From the NCBI GenBank assembly GCA_026996855.1, contig JALWJZ010000004.1, positions 4,334 to 68,333 on the forward strand: 64,000 nucleotides of DNA, written 5' to 3'. The translations under genes and the position numbers were made by a program. Numbering within the stretch: the first letter of the stretch is position 1; every line of letters begins with the position of its first letter. Below are positions 28,182 through 38,482 of the stretch, piece after piece. The notes under the pieces were generated by a model. The model saw only the letters and a list, made by a program, of their open reading frames with translations, was not told where the DNA came from and ran no database searches. The stretch is from Anaerolineales bacterium. GTDB taxonomy: Bacteria > Chloroflexota > Anaerolineae > Anaerolineales > DRMV01.

Positions 28182-29951
28182 ATGACCGCTCATGCATACC
28201 AGGTGGGCCCCTGGACCCTGGAAGACCTGTACCCCAGTCGGGAAGCCTGGGAAGCCGCCATGCGCCGGGTGGAGGAAGAAGTAGAACGGCTCGAAACCTG
28301 GCGCGAACGTTTACGCGAGGACATACCCGAGGAAGACTTTCGTCGCTTCTTGGAGCAAATGGAAGCCCTCTCCCGAGAGGCCCATAAAGTAGGTTCGTAC
28401 GCTTACTTGAAGTTTGCCGCGGATACGCAGGACCGAGAAGCCCAGGCCATGCTGGCCCGGGTGCGCCAATGGAGCGCGGAAATCCAGAACCGGCTGCTTT
28501 TCTTCGAACTCTGGTGGAAGAACCTGTCCGATGCGGCCGCGCAGCGGCTGCTGAAGGTGGCCGGAGACATGCGTTATTACCTGGAGAAATTGCGGCTTTT
28601 CCGCCCGTACACCCTTTCGGAGGCGGAAGAGCGCATCATCAACTACAAGGACGCGGCCGGCATTCGCACGCTGGTCTCCCTCTACAACACCATGACCTCG
28701 CGTTACACCTTCCCCCTGGAAGTGGACGGCGAGGTCAAAGAACTGACCCGGGCGGAACTCTCCACCTACTTCCGCCATCCCGACCCGGACCTGCGCGAGC
28801 AGGCCTATCGAAGCCTGTTCCAGGTGTACACCCGCGATACCGGCCTCATCGCACCCATTTATCAGGCCGTAACCCAGGATTGGTACAACGAACAGGTGCG
28901 GGTGCGGGGTTTCCCCCGGCCCATTTCGGCCCGCAATTTGACCAACCACCTCCCCGATGAGGTGGTGGATACCCTGCTCTCGGTATGCCGGGAGAACGCC
29001 ACGGTGTTCCAGCGTTTCTTCCGGGTGAAGGCCCGGGCGTTGGGCATGGACCGGCTCCGCCGCTACGACGTGTACGCGCCCGTGGGCCAGGCCGACCGCA
29101 CCTATGACTTTGCCACCGCGGTGGACATGATTCTGGAAGCCTTTCGGCGCTTCCATCCCCAATTGGCCGATTTGGCCCGACGGGTTTTCGACGAAGGTCA
29201 TCTGGACAGCGAAACCCGGCCCGGTAAGCGGGGCGGCGCGTTCTGTGCCAGCGTGGTACCCGGGCTTACCCCCTGGGTGCTGATGAGTTATCAGGGCAAA
29301 ATCAACGACGTGGCCACCCTGGCTCACGAACTGGGCCACGCCATCCACGGGATGCTGGCGCGGCATCATTCGGTGTACACTTTCCACGCGCCCCTGCCCC
29401 TGGCCGAAACGGCCTCCACCTTTGGTGAGATGCTTCTGGTGGAATACCTGCTGGAGAGGGAAACCGACCCCGAGGTGCGCAAGGCCATCCTGTTCCACCA
29501 ACTGGACGACAACTACGCTACCATCATGCGTCAGGCCTATTTCGCCCTCTTTGAAGTGCAGGCCCACGACCGTTTCCCCCAGGGCGCCTCGGCCGACCAG
29601 GTGGCCGAGGGGTACCTGGAACTCCTCAAGGAACAATTCGGCGATGCCGTGACGGTGAGCGACGAATTTGCCTGGGAGTGGCTGGCCATCCCCCACTTTT
29701 ACCAGGTGCCCTTTTACGTGTACGCCTACGCGTTTGGTCAGTTGCTGGTGCTGGCCCTGTACCGGCGGTACAAAGAAGAGGGCGAGGCCTTCAAGCCCAA
29801 ATATCTGGACCTGCTGGCCGCGGGCGGCAGTCGTGCGCCGATGGCCCTGCTGGCCGATTTGGGCATCGACCCCGGCGACCCGGCCTTCTGGCAGGGCGGC
29901 TTTGATGTGCTTAACGCCTGGGTGGACCAGGTGGCGGGCCTCATCGATTGA
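28182..29951 (+). CDS. pepF: M3B family oligoendopeptidase F
   Basis: ORF 27948..29951; ATG at 28182 follows GGAGG. Zinc motif HELGHAIHG with downstream E (AETASTFGE). Confidence 0.88.
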   Translation: MTAHAYQVGPWTLEDLYPSREAWEAAMRRVEEEVERLETWRERLREDIPEEDFRRFLEQMEALSREAHKVGSYAYLKFAADTQDREAQAMLARVRQWSAEIQNRLLFFELWWKNLSDAAAQRLLKVAGDMRYYLEKLRLFRPYTLSEAEERIINYKDAAGIRTLVSLYNTMTSRYTFPLEVDGEVKELTRAELSTYFRHPDPDLREQAYRSLFQVYTRDTGLIAPIYQAVTQDWYNEQVRVRGFPRPISARNLTNHLPDEVVDTLLSVCRENATVFQRFFRVKARALGMDRLRRYDVYAPVGQADRTYDFATAVDMILEAFRRFHPQLADLARRVFDEGHLDSETRPGKRGGAFCASVVPGLTPWVLMSYQGKINDVATLAHELGHAIHGMLARHHSVYTFHAPLPLAETASTFGEMLLVEYLLERETDPEVRKAILFHQLDDNYATIMRQAYFALFEVQAHDRFPQGASADQVAEGYLELLKEQFGDAVTVSDEFAWEWLAIPHFYQVPFYVYAYAFGQLLVLALYRRYKEEGEAFKPKYLDLLAAGGSRAPMALLADLGIDPGDPAFWQGGFDVLNAWVDQVAGLID

Positions 29952-29952
29952 A

Positions 29953-30010
29953 GCGGTAAGAGGCGGTAAGGCGATAAAGCGATAAGGCGATAAAGCGGTA
30001 AGGTGATTTG
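29953..30010 (+). repeat. short tandem octamer repeat, GCGRTAAR type
   Basis: Reads gcggtaag ag gcggtaag gcgataaa gcgataag gcgataaa gcggtaag gtgatttg. It begins 2 nt after the pepF stop, upstream of ilvE. Confidence 0.85.
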
Positions 30011-30097
30011 CGGGCGCTCTACGAATGGGTGAACGCGTCGGGGTGGGTATAATGAAACTGCACTTGTGCTGGATTCCCCACCGATAGGAGGTTGGCA

Positions 30098-31027
30098 ATG
30101 CCCACGCTCCCCAAGTTTGCCTTTTTCCAGGGCCGCATCGTGCCCTATGACGAGGCCAAAATCGGTTTGCTGACCCATGCGTTGCACTACGGCACTGCGG
30201 TTTTCGGCGGTTTGCGCGGGTATTGGAACGAGGAAGAGGGGCAGTTGTACATCTTCCGCCCTCGCGACCATTACAAGCGCCTTTTGAATTCGGCCAAGAT
30301 TCTTCGAATGCAGGTGGATTACACCGTCGAGGACCTCATTGGCTTTACCAAGGACCTGCTCCGGGCCGAGGGACACCGCACCGACGTGTACATTCGGCCC
30401 TTGCTGTACCTGTCCGACGAGGTCATCGGTGTGCGGTTGCACGGTCTGACGCCGGCGCTGGCCATCGTTTCCGTGCCTTTTGGCACCTATGTGGCCAACG
30501 ACACCAACGCCCACGTGACCTTCTCCAGTTGGCGCCGCCTGGACGACAACATGATTCCTCCTCGAGGCAAGATTTCCGGTGCGTATGTGGGCACCGCGCT
30601 CGTCAAATCCGACGCGGAACTGGCCGGTTTCGATGAGGCCCTGGTGCTCACCGAAGACGGGCACCTTTCCGAGGGCAGCGCGGAAAACGTGTTCATCGTG
30701 CGGGATGGGGTGCTGATTACGCCGCCCATCACGGACAACATCCTGGAGGGCATCACCCGCCGCACCATCATCCAACTGGCCCGGGAGGAACTGGGCCTGG
30801 AGGTGGTGGAGCGGCCCATCGACCGCACCGAGGTGTTCATTTGCGACGAACTTTTCCTCACCGGCACCGCCGCCCAAGTGACCGCGGTGACCCGCGTCGA
30901 CCACCGGCCCATCGGCGAGGGAAAGATGGGACCCATCACCGCGCAGTTGCGGGAACTCTTCCAGCAGGTGGTGCGGGGCAAACTGCCCAAGTACCACCAC
31001 TGGCTGGAACCGGTGTACGAAAAGTGA
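30098..31027 (+). CDS. ilvE: branched-chain amino acid aminotransferase (fold type IV)
   Basis: ATG at 30098 follows AGGAGG. Strings HALHYGTAVFGGLRGY, PRGKISGAYV and EGSAENVFIV..GVLITPP..ILEGITR. Confidence 0.9.
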   Translation: MPTLPKFAFFQGRIVPYDEAKIGLLTHALHYGTAVFGGLRGYWNEEEGQLYIFRPRDHYKRLLNSAKILRMQVDYTVEDLIGFTKDLLRAEGHRTDVYIRPLLYLSDEVIGVRLHGLTPALAIVSVPFGTYVANDTNAHVTFSSWRRLDDNMIPPRGKISGAYVGTALVKSDAELAGFDEALVLTEDGHLSEGSAENVFIVRDGVLITPPITDNILEGITRRTIIQLAREELGLEVVERPIDRTEVFICDELFLTGTAAQVTAVTRVDHRPIGEGKMGPITAQLRELFQQVVRGKLPKYHHWLEPVYEK

Positions 31028-31108
31028 ATTGCGGCCCGGCCCTGGGGGCCGAGCAGCCGAGCCGCTCCCAGGGCCGGGTTTCATCTTTTGCAAAGGGTGA
31101 GGTTGCTT

Positions 31109-31354
31109 ATGGCCGAACGATATACCGTTGTGGTGCATCTTCCCAACGAAGAACCCATGGTGGGCGAAATCGAAAAAATTCCCGACCCCAAGGACAACCT
31201 CATCGTGCTTTACAACCCCCGCCGCCGGGATGGGCGGGATGTGCACTATCTGGAAGACGACGTGGAAGCGGTGATTTTGCCCTTGAGCCGCACCACCCTC
31301 ATCGAACTCATGCCTTCGGAAGAGGAAGAAATCATCGGGTTCGTGCGAGAGTGA
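31109..31354 (+). CDS. hypothetical small protein (81 aa)
   Basis: ORF 31088..31354; ATG at 31109. Acidic, with no recognisable motif. Called from its position between ilvE and the response regulator and from its host-like codon pattern. Confidence 0.45.
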   Translation: MAERYTVVVHLPNEEPMVGEIEKIPDPKDNLIVLYNPRRRDGRDVHYLEDDVEAVILPLSRTTLIELMPSEEEEIIGFVRE

Positions 31355-31428
31355 AGGTGTCGGCGGGGAGTCGTGGTGTCCTTTCGCCTGAGGGAAGATA
31401 AGCCACAAGATGTGGTACACTTAGCACT

Positions 31429-32253
31429 ATGGAAACGAAAGAACGCGATCGGCGATATCGCATCCTTGTGGTAGACGATGAGCCGCGCATGGTGCGGTTC
31501 ATTCGTCTGAATCTGGAGCAGGATGGGTACGATACCCTGGCCGCGTACACGGGGAAGGACGCCCTGGACAAGGTTCGGGAACACCTCCCCGACCTGGTGC
31601 TCCTGGATGTCATGTTGCCGGACATGGACGGCTTCGAGGTGCTGCGCCTGCTGCGGAAGATAAGTGACGTGCCCGTCATCATGGTAACGGCCCGTTCCGA
31701 CGAAGAGGACATCATCCGGGGGTTGCGTTTGGGCGCCGACGATTACATCACCAAGCCCTTCAGCCCGCGCGTGCTCACTTCCCGCATCGAGGCGGTACTC
31801 AGGCGTTACCACGCGGTCATGCCCGACGAGGTCATTGAGGTGGACGACCGGCTCAAAATCGACCTGGGCCGGCGGGAAGTGTGGGTGGACGGCAAATTGG
31901 TGAAACTCCGTCCCACGGAGTTCCGTCTGCTGTACCATTTGGTGAAGAACGCAGGTTGGGTGCTTACGTATGAGCAGTTGCTTCACAAGGTATGGGGGCT
32001 GGAATACGAGAACGAGCACCATTATGTACGCCTGTACATCAACTACCTGCGCCAGAAACTGGAAGAGGACCCCTCCAACCCCAAGTACATTTTGACGGAG
32101 CGGGGCGTGGGGTATCGGTTTGTGGATTACCGTCGTCTGCGTCAACAGGGAAAGCAGGGAAGCGACCAGACCGACGACAAGGCGCAAGAGCAAGGCTCAC
32201 CCGCAAAGACCGGGCAGAAGGGGAAGCATCCCGACAAAGACGAAGGCCCTTGA
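31429..32253 (+). CDS. OmpR/PhoB-family response regulator with a Lys/Gln-rich C-terminal tail
   Basis: Receiver domain [22 protein letters not shown] and YITKPF. Winged helix [10 protein letters not shown]. About 40 extra low-complexity residues at the C-terminus. Confidence 0.9.
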   Translation: METKERDRRYRILVVDDEPRMVRFIRLNLEQDGYDTLAAYTGKDALDKVREHLPDLVLLDVMLPDMDGFEVLRLLRKISDVPVIMVTARSDEEDIIRGLRLGADDYITKPFSPRVLTSRIEAVLRRYHAVMPDEVIEVDDRLKIDLGRREVWVDGKLVKLRPTEFRLLYHLVKNAGWVLTYEQLLHKVWGLEYENEHHYVRLYINYLRQKLEEDPSNPKYILTERGVGYRFVDYRRLRQQGKQGSDQTDDKAQEQGSPAKTGQKGKHPDKDEGP

Positions 32254-32293
32254 GCGTTGCCCGGTCCTCTGCATCGCTCCTCTCGAGCAGGAG

Positions 32294-33175
32294 ATGGCTC
32301 GCATGGTCAGGTCCCCGGTGCGTCATCTCTGGTACTACCGGTTTTTACGCATCCTCAAGGTGGCTTTCACGTACGTGATTTTGGGCATCGGCGCGCTTCT
32401 GGCGTTGGGGCCTTTTGCCTGGATGGTTTCCACCTCTCTTATGACCTTGGGGGAAGCCATTTCTGGCCAGTGGTTGCCCTCTTCGCCCCAATTCCACAAC
32501 TACGTGGTGGCCTGGAAGGAAGCCCAATTCGCGGAATATTTCTTCAACACCGTGATCATCACCCTCATCACCCTGGCCGGTGAATTGACCTTCAGCGTGC
32601 TGGCCGCTTACGCCTTCGCCCGCATCGATTTCCCCGGCCGCAACCTGATTTTCTCCATCTTGCTCAGCACCATGATGATTCCCGCGATGGTCTTGATGAT
32701 TCCCAACTTCCTCACCGTCACCTGGCTGGGCCGGGTAGGACCCATCAAATGGGTGAACAACTGGCCGGCACTGACCATCCCTTTCATGGGAAGCGTGTTC
32801 AGCATCTTCTTGCTGCGCCAGTTCTTCGCCCAGATTCCCAACGATTTGTTCGATGCCGCGCAGATTGACGGCGCGGGGCATCTGCATTTCTTGTGGTACA
32901 TCGTGCTGCCCCTTTCCAAAGCGCCCCTTTTGGTCATCACCGTGCTTTCCTTCATCGGCACCTGGAACGCCCTGGCCTGGCCGTTGTTGGTGACCAATTC
33001 GCCCGAATGGCGGCCCATCGCCGTCGGGTTGTACCAGTTCGTGGACGAAGCCGGTTCGGAGATGCACTTGCAAATGGCCGGCGCGGTCATTGCCGTGGCC
33101 CCCATCCTGTTGCTCTATTTCCTCACCCAGCGCCAGTTCACCGAAAGCATCACCCGTAGCGGTTTGAAAGGTTAG
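32294..33175 (+). CDS. carbohydrate ABC transporter permease (MalG/CUT1 type)
   Basis: ORF 32120..33175; ATG at 32294 follows AGGAG. Has 6 TM helices and the EAA loop FDAAQIDGAGHLHFLWYIVLPLSKAP. No partner permease, binding protein or ATPase is adjacent. Confidence 0.85.
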   Translation: MARMVRSPVRHLWYYRFLRILKVAFTYVILGIGALLALGPFAWMVSTSLMTLGEAISGQWLPSSPQFHNYVVAWKEAQFAEYFFNTVIITLITLAGELTFSVLAAYAFARIDFPGRNLIFSILLSTMMIPAMVLMIPNFLTVTWLGRVGPIKWVNNWPALTIPFMGSVFSIFLLRQFFAQIPNDLFDAAQIDGAGHLHFLWYIVLPLSKAPLLVITVLSFIGTWNALAWPLLVTNSPEWRPIAVGLYQFVDEAGSEMHLQMAGAVIAVAPILLLYFLTQRQFTESITRSGLKG

Positions 33176-33181
33176 CCTTCC

Positions 33182-35263
33182 ATGAAGATTTTTGTCCGTA
33201 CATGGCTCCGCCGTATTCGTGCTACTTCGTGGCGGGATTGGATTCTTTGGGCGCACCTGACCCTGTGGGGGCTGTTCTGGGTGTGGGTGGCCCGGTCCTG
33301 GTTCCCTCGCATTCCCTCGTTTTTGTATTGGGGCATCACGGGTTTGTGGTTGCTGGCCGTGGCCCTGAGTTTCACGGCCCGTTGGCGTTGGCTGGCAGCA
33401 ACGGTAGGAACTGGGGTGGCCAACGCGCTCCCCCTTTTGATTTTTGCCTTCGACTTGGGAAGTATGGATTACGCCCTGCATTTGTGGGCTTTTACCCTAT
33501 CGTTTTTGGCGTTGTATGTGCCCTTTCCCTGGAACATTTTGGCTACAAGCGGTCAAATCGGGTTGATTTTGGGGTTGCTGGCCCTCTCGGGACACGGGAT
33601 GACCCTGCAGGGGTCTCTACTGGGTACGCTGGCCGGTATGGTGTTGTTGGCCGGCATTTTCATCACGCTGGAGTATTTGATAAGTCGCTATCGCTGGCTT
33701 TCGGGGCAACTCTCGGAGAGCCTGCGCTCTTTGGATGAACAGCGGCGCTTTTTGCAATCGGTCATCGATGCCATCGAAGCGCCTTTTTACGTCATCGACG
33801 TGAAGGATTACCGCATCGTTTTGGCCAACAAACGGGCGCGTGAATTGGGAATCCGCACCGAGGGTACCCAGGCGCCTACCACCTGTTATGCGCTGACCCA
33901 TCACCGTGACACACCCTGCAGTGGTGAGGAGCATCCCTGTCCTTTGCAAATGGTGCTGGAGCAGGGCCGGCCCGCGGAAGTGGAGCATGTGCACTATCGA
34001 GACGATGGTACGCCTTACGTGGCCGAAGTGCACGCTTACCCCGTTTTCGATGCCGAGGGCCGCATCCGTTACATCGTGGAGTATTCCATCGACATCACCG
34101 CCCGCAGGAAAGCCGAGGCCCGTTTGCGGCTGTTGGAAAAGGCCCTGGAGCACAGCGCCCACGGGGTGGTGATTACCGACAAGGACGGTGTCATCGAATA
34201 CGTCAACCCCGCTTTTACCCAAATGACGGGATATACGGCGGAAGAGGCCCTGGGCAAGACGCCGGCCATCTTGAAATCGGGCAAGCACGACCGGGCGTAT
34301 TACCAGCGCTTGTGGAACACCATTTTGTCCGGCAAGGTCTGGGAAGGCCGCATCATTAATCGCCGCAAGGACGGCTCGTTGTATTACGAGGACCAAACCA
34401 TCGCCCCGGTGCGTGATGAAAACGGGGATATCACCCATTTCGTGGCCGTGAAGCGGGATGTCACCCCTCGCATCGAGATGGAAGAGGCTTTGAAGCGCGC
34501 CCGCCTACAGGCCGAGAAGGCCAGCCAGTTCAAGTCCTACCTCATGGCCGCATTGGGGCACGATTTGCGTACGCCTTTGCAAAGCATCTTGGGGTATGCT
34601 GAGTTGTTGTTGATGTCCAAAAAGCGGCTTCCCAAAGATTTGGCGGATATGCTGGACGCCATTTATCGGGCTGCCTCGCAAATTCGCTTCTTCGCCGATG
34701 ATTTGCTCCACTATGGGCAGATGGAACAGACCGGTTTGCAATTGCATCCGCGGCCGATGAACATTCGGGCATTTCAGCGGGAGTTGCGGCGGATTTTTGA
34801 TCCCTTCGTCGAGGAAAAAAACCTGCGGTGTTCCTATGAAACCGCGCCGGATTTTCCCGAGGTCATCGAAGTGGATACCACCTGGTTCCCCCGGGCGGTG
34901 ATGAATTTGGTGAGCAACGCCATCAAGTTCACCCCCGAAGGCGGCGAAGTGCGGGTACGTTTCTGGAAGCCCGACGAGCACACCTGGGCCGTTGCCGTAG
35001 AAGACTCCGGCCCCGGCGTGCCCGAAGACCTGAAGGAGCGTATTTTCGAGCCCTTTGTTACCGGAGGAATTTCGACCCGGGGGGTGGGCCTGGGCCTTTC
35101 CATCGTGCGCTCCGTGGTCGAAGCCATGGGCGGCACCATTGAGGTGGAAAACCGGCCCGAAGGCGGCGCCCGTTTCGTCATGCGTTTTCCCCTGAACGAG
35201 AAGGCTGCGAAAAGCCAGGCCCCCGACTCGGCTGGGGGGCATCAAGCGAAAGCGGGACGCTGA
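33182..35263 (+). CDS. sensor histidine kinase (multi-TM N-terminus, two PAS domains, HisKA, HATPase_c)
   Basis: H box AALGHDLRTPLQSI, N box LVSNAIKFTPEGG, G1 VEDSGPGVP, G2 GVGLGLSIV. PAS regions lie around FYVIDVKDYRIVLAN and HGVVITDKDGVIEYVNPAF. Confidence 0.88.
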   Translation: MKIFVRTWLRRIRATSWRDWILWAHLTLWGLFWVWVARSWFPRIPSFLYWGITGLWLLAVALSFTARWRWLAATVGTGVANALPLLIFAFDLGSMDYALHLWAFTLSFLALYVPFPWNILATSGQIGLILGLLALSGHGMTLQGSLLGTLAGMVLLAGIFITLEYLISRYRWLSGQLSESLRSLDEQRRFLQSVIDAIEAPFYVIDVKDYRIVLANKRARELGIRTEGTQAPTTCYALTHHRDTPCSGEEHPCPLQMVLEQGRPAEVEHVHYRDDGTPYVAEVHAYPVFDAEGRIRYIVEYSIDITARRKAEARLRLLEKALEHSAHGVVITDKDGVIEYVNPAFTQMTGYTAEEALGKTPAILKSGKHDRAYYQRLWNTILSGKVWEGRIINRRKDGSLYYEDQTIAPVRDENGDITHFVAVKRDVTPRIEMEEALKRARLQAEKASQFKSYLMAALGHDLRTPLQSILGYAELLLMSKKRLPKDLADMLDAIYRAASQIRFFADDLLHYGQMEQTGLQLHPRPMNIRAFQRELRRIFDPFVEEKNLRCSYETAPDFPEVIEVDTTWFPRAVMNLVSNAIKFTPEGGEVRVRFWKPDEHTWAVAVEDSGPGVPEDLKERIFEPFVTGGISTRGVGLGLSIVRSVVEAMGGTIEVENRPEGGARFVMRFPLNEKAAKSQAPDSAGGHQAKAGR

Positions 35264-35314
35264 GCAGCGTCCCGCTTTTTTGCCTCTTGAGGGCAGGGGG
35301 CCTCCCGCCGCCAC

Positions 35315-36106
35315 TCAAATCAGGCCCTTGTACATGCCGCCGTCTACGGTGAAGAGCGCGCCGGTGATGTAGGAGGCCGCGGGTGAAAGCAGGAACACCG
35401 CGGCCCGGGCGAATTCTTCGGGTTCGGCCATGCGTCCCAGGGGGCTGGCCGCGGCTTGCTTGGCCATCTCCTCTTCTACCGTGGTGCCGTGGGCGCGCGC
35501 CCGATGCTCCAGCAGTTGCCACACCCGTTCGGTTTTGGTCCAGGCGGGCAGGATGGAGTTGAACCGAATGCCTTGCGGGCCGTATTCCAGGGCCAGGGAT
35601 TTGGTCAAGGCCGCGGTGGCGGCCCGGGTGGTGTTGGAAAGGATGAGGTTGGGGATGGGCTGTTTGACGCTGATGGACGTGATGGTGAGCACGCTGGCTG
35701 CATCGCTCTGCTTCAAGTAAGGCAGCGCAGCCCGGATGAGCCGCAAATGGCTGAGGAAGCACAGGTTCAGGGCCGCCTCCCAGGCCGCGTCGTCGAAATC
35801 CTCGAACCCGCCGGGGGGCGGGCCGCCGGTGTTGGTCACCAGCAAATCCAGGCCACCCATGCGTTGCGCGGCCTCTTGCACCACCTGCTCGGGCATGTTG
35901 GGCTGGGTCAGGTCGCCGGGGATGGTGTGCACCGTCGCGTCGGTGGCTTCTCGAATGCGCCGGGCCGCATCCTCCAGGTGTTTGGGGTTCCGGCTGTTGA
36001 TGCTCACCGTGCAACCTTCCTGGGCCAAAAGCCGGGCCACGGCATACCCCAGGCCCTTGCTGGCCCCGGTGACCAAAGCCCGTTTGCCTTGAAGTCCTAA
36101 ATCCAT
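35315..36106 (-). CDS. SDR family oxidoreductase (3-oxoacyl-ACP reductase-like)
   Basis: ALVTGASKGLGYA (TGxxxGxG), NTGG, a catalytic region with S..Y/K-type spacing, and a C-terminal ITGALFTVDGG. Confidence 0.88.
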   Translation of the reverse strand: MDLGLQGKRALVTGASKGLGYAVARLLAQEGCTVSINSRNPKHLEDAARRIREATDATVHTIPGDLTQPNMPEQVVQEAAQRMGGLDLLVTNTGGPPPGGFEDFDDAAWEAALNLCFLSHLRLIRAALPYLKQSDAASVLTITSISVKQPIPNLILSNTTRAATAALTKSLALEYGPQGIRFNSILPAWTKTERVWQLLEHRARAHGTTVEEEMAKQAAASPLGRMAEPEEFARAAVFLLSPAASYITGALFTVDGGMYKGLI

Positions 36107-36183
36107 GCGTCACCTCCTCCTATATTGGGTGTTTGTTCCTTGAAAGGGCGACCAGGCTGGCCAGGATGCATCGTGGGGAAAGG

Positions 36184-36642
36184 TCATTCCCGAGGAGCGC
36201 GGTCGGCGTCCATTTCCGCGAGCATAGCCAGGCAGGCGTCGTCTTCGGGGTTGGGTTGATATTCGGTTTCCAGAAAGGCTTTCAGGATTTCCTCCACCAG
36301 CACGTCCGAGGTCAGGCGCAGGGACATGCACAGCACGTTGGCGTCGTTCCACAGTCGCGCACCCCGAGCCGTTTCCGCGTCCACGCACAACGCAGCCCGG
36401 ATGCCCGGCACTTTGTTGGCTGCAATGCTCACCCCCGTACCCGTCCAGCAGAAGAGCACGCCGGTGTCGAAATCGCCCCGAGCCACGGCCTGGGCCACCC
36501 GACGGGCCACCTGGGGCCAGGGCACGGTGGTTTCGGCTTCCACCGGGCCGAAGTAGGTCACCTCATGCCCCCAGGAGCGGAGCCGCTCCAGGGCCACCTG
36601 CACCACATACCGCTTTTCGTCGCAACCCAGGGCAATGCGCAT
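36184..36642 (-). CDS. rpiB: ribose-5-phosphate isomerase B (RpiB/LacA/LacB family)
   Basis: MRIALGCDE, GVLFCWTGTGVSIAANKVPGIRAA and NDANVLCMS are characteristic RpiB strings. Confidence 0.85.
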   Translation of the reverse strand: MRIALGCDEKRYVVQVALERLRSWGHEVTYFGPVEAETTVPWPQVARRVAQAVARGDFDTGVLFCWTGTGVSIAANKVPGIRAALCVDAETARGARLWNDANVLCMSLRLTSDVLVEEILKAFLETEYQPNPEDDACLAMLAEMDADRAPRE

Positions 36643-36685
36643 CGGCTTCCTCCTGATGGTTTGGTAGGCCCCGGTCCGCGGGGCC

Positions 36686-37696
36686 TCAGCCTTTCGTTTC
36701 CTGGTCGGACCACATCTGCCGTAACAAGGTTTCCGCGGCCCGTTGCGGTGAGATTTCCCGCTTCAGGATGCGTTCCAGCAGTTGGGAGAGGCCCAGTTGT
36801 TTCGCCCGGGTTTCCCAGCGGCGCCAGAAAGTGAGCAGGACCCGTTCCCGGAGTTCGGATTCGAAGCGGCGGCGCTCCCGTTCCTGCCAGGCCCCCGTGC
36901 GTTTCAGGTGGGCCGCGTGTTCCTTCAGGCTCTGGGCTATCTGGGGAATGCCCTCTCCCTGGGTGGCGGTGACCAGCAGCACCGGGGGTATCCAGGGCGT
37001 ATTCGAGGCAGAGGCGGGGGAGGCATCGTCTGGGCCTTCGCCCTTGGGCGTGCGGCGGCCAAGCCAATTTTCCAGGGTGCGGGCCAGTTGCTGCGCGCCG
37101 GGCCGGTCCGCCTTGTTCACCACCAAAATGTCGGCGATTTCCAGGATGCCGGCCTTCAGGGCCTGGATTTCGTCCCCCAGGCCGGGAGCCTGGACCACCA
37201 CCACGGTGTGGGCCAGTCGGGCGATTTCCACCTCGGCCTGGCCCGCGCCCACGGTCTCGATGAAGACCAGGTCGAAGCCCGCGGCATCCAGCACCTGCGC
37301 GGCCGCGGCCGTGTTTCGGGCCAGGCCGCCCACCGCGCCCCGAGAGGCCATGGAGCGGATGAACACCCCCGGGTCGCCGGCCAGGTCCCGCATGCGGATG
37401 CGGTCGCCCAGGAGCGCGCCACCGGTGAAGGGGCTGGTGGGGTCCACGGCCAGAATGCCCACGGTGCGGGGGGATGGGGCTTCTCGGCGAAAGTAACGGG
37501 CCAGCCGGGCCACCAGGGTGGATTTGCCCACCCCGGGCGGGCCGGTGAAGCCCACCAGATGCGCCCGGCCGGTATGCGGAAAAAGGGCCTCCAGCAGGGC
37601 TTCGCCTTCGGGCGCGTCGTTTTCCACCAGGCTCAAGGCCCGGGCCAGGGCGCGACGCTCGCCCTGGAGCACCCGTTGGGCCAGGTCGCGGCTCAT
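36686..37696 (-). CDS. meaB: methylmalonyl-CoA mutase-associated GTPase MeaB/ArgK
   Basis: P-loop [18 protein letters not shown] and NKAD. The start overlaps the stop of the upstream B12-binding subunit gene. Confidence 0.88.
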   Translation of the reverse strand: MSRDLAQRVLQGERRALARALSLVENDAPEGEALLEALFPHTGRAHLVGFTGPPGVGKSTLVARLARYFRREAPSPRTVGILAVDPTSPFTGGALLGDRIRMRDLAGDPGVFIRSMASRGAVGGLARNTAAAAQVLDAAGFDLVFIETVGAGQAEVEIARLAHTVVVVQAPGLGDEIQALKAGILEIADILVVNKADRPGAQQLARTLENWLGRRTPKGEGPDDASPASASNTPWIPPVLLVTATQGEGIPQIAQSLKEHAAHLKRTGAWQERERRRFESELRERVLLTFWRRWETRAKQLGLSQLLERILKREISPQRAAETLLRQMWSDQETKG

Positions 37697-38121
37697 GCCA
37701 TCGGCTCCGGTTGCGTCTGGCTTTCACCCAACACGGCCCGGCGGATGTCTTCCACGATTTGGCGGGTGGGTGTGCCCGGCCCGTACACTTTGTACACACC
37801 CATCTCCCGAAGTTTGGGGACGTCTTCGGGGGGAATGATGCCACCTACCAACACCAGCACGTGGTCCATGCCTGCTTCTCGCAGTTTTTCCAATACCTGG
37901 GGGACCAGGGTCATGTGCGCTCCGGAGAGGATGGAAAGCCCCACCACGTCCACGTCTTCCTGGAGCGCGGCCTCGGCAATCATTTCCGGCGTTTGTCGAA
38001 TGCCGGTGTAGATGACCTCCATGCCGGCATCCCGCAAGGCCCGTGCGACGATTTTGGCCCCGCGGTCGTGGCCGTCCAGGCCGGGTTTGGCAATGAGCAC
38101 CCGAATTTTGCGTTCCGTCAT
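37693..38121 (-). CDS. cobalamin-binding subunit of methylmalonyl-CoA mutase family (B12-binding domain only)
   Basis: ORF 37693..38523; ATG at 38121. The DxHxxG motif sits in [14 protein letters not shown], followed by SILSGAH and VLVGGIIP. Confidence 0.88.
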   Translation of the reverse strand: MTERKIRVLIAKPGLDGHDRGAKIVARALRDAGMEVIYTGIRQTPEMIAEAALQEDVDVVGLSILSGAHMTLVPQVLEKLREAGMDHVLVLVGGIIPPEDVPKLREMGVYKVYGPGTPTRQIVEDIRRAVLGESQTQPEPMA

Positions 38122-38231
38122 GGCCGGACCTCGGATGTGGGGATTGTTTTCATTATACCCAGCCGGGAAGGTGCGCTGGGTTTCGGAAAAGAAAAAACCG
38201 CAGGTGGTGGAACCCTGCGGTTTTTTCTTCC

Positions 38232-38319
38232 TGGTGCCGAAGGGGGGACTCGAACCCCCACGGGCGTAATGCCCACGGCGTCCTGAGCGCCGCGCGTCTG
38301 CCAATTCCGCCACTTCGGC
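38232..38319 (-). tRNA. tRNA-Leu (anticodon CAG), CCA encoded
   Basis: Minus strand reads GCCGAAGTGGCGGAATTGGCAGACGCGCGGCGCTCAGGACGCCGTGGGCATTACGCCCGTGGGGGTTCGAGTCCCCCTTCGGCACCA. Acceptor GCCGAAG/CTTCGGC, anticodon stem CGGCG/CGCCG with loop CTCAGGA, a long variable arm, and T arm GGGGG-TTCGAGT-CCCCC. Confidence 0.92.
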
Positions 38320-38371
38320 ACAGGCATCCTCTATTGTAAAAGGCGCCAACGGTTTGTCAAGTCGGGTGCGC

Positions 38372-38425
38372 GCTTTTCTCACGGGGACACAGAGCGCACA
38401 GAGAAAAACTTGATCTTTACCTCTG
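38372..38425 (+). repeat. CACRGAG-heptamer repeat element, partial copy
   Basis: Reads cttttctCACGGGGaCACAGAGcgCACAGAGaaaaact... and matches the left arm of the elements at 42089 and 57391. The right arm is degenerate. Confidence 0.6.
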
Positions 38426-38482
38426 GGTGGGTATGTGCGGAGGGCGAGGGATGAAAAGGCGGGCCGAAAAGCCCGCCTTGCC

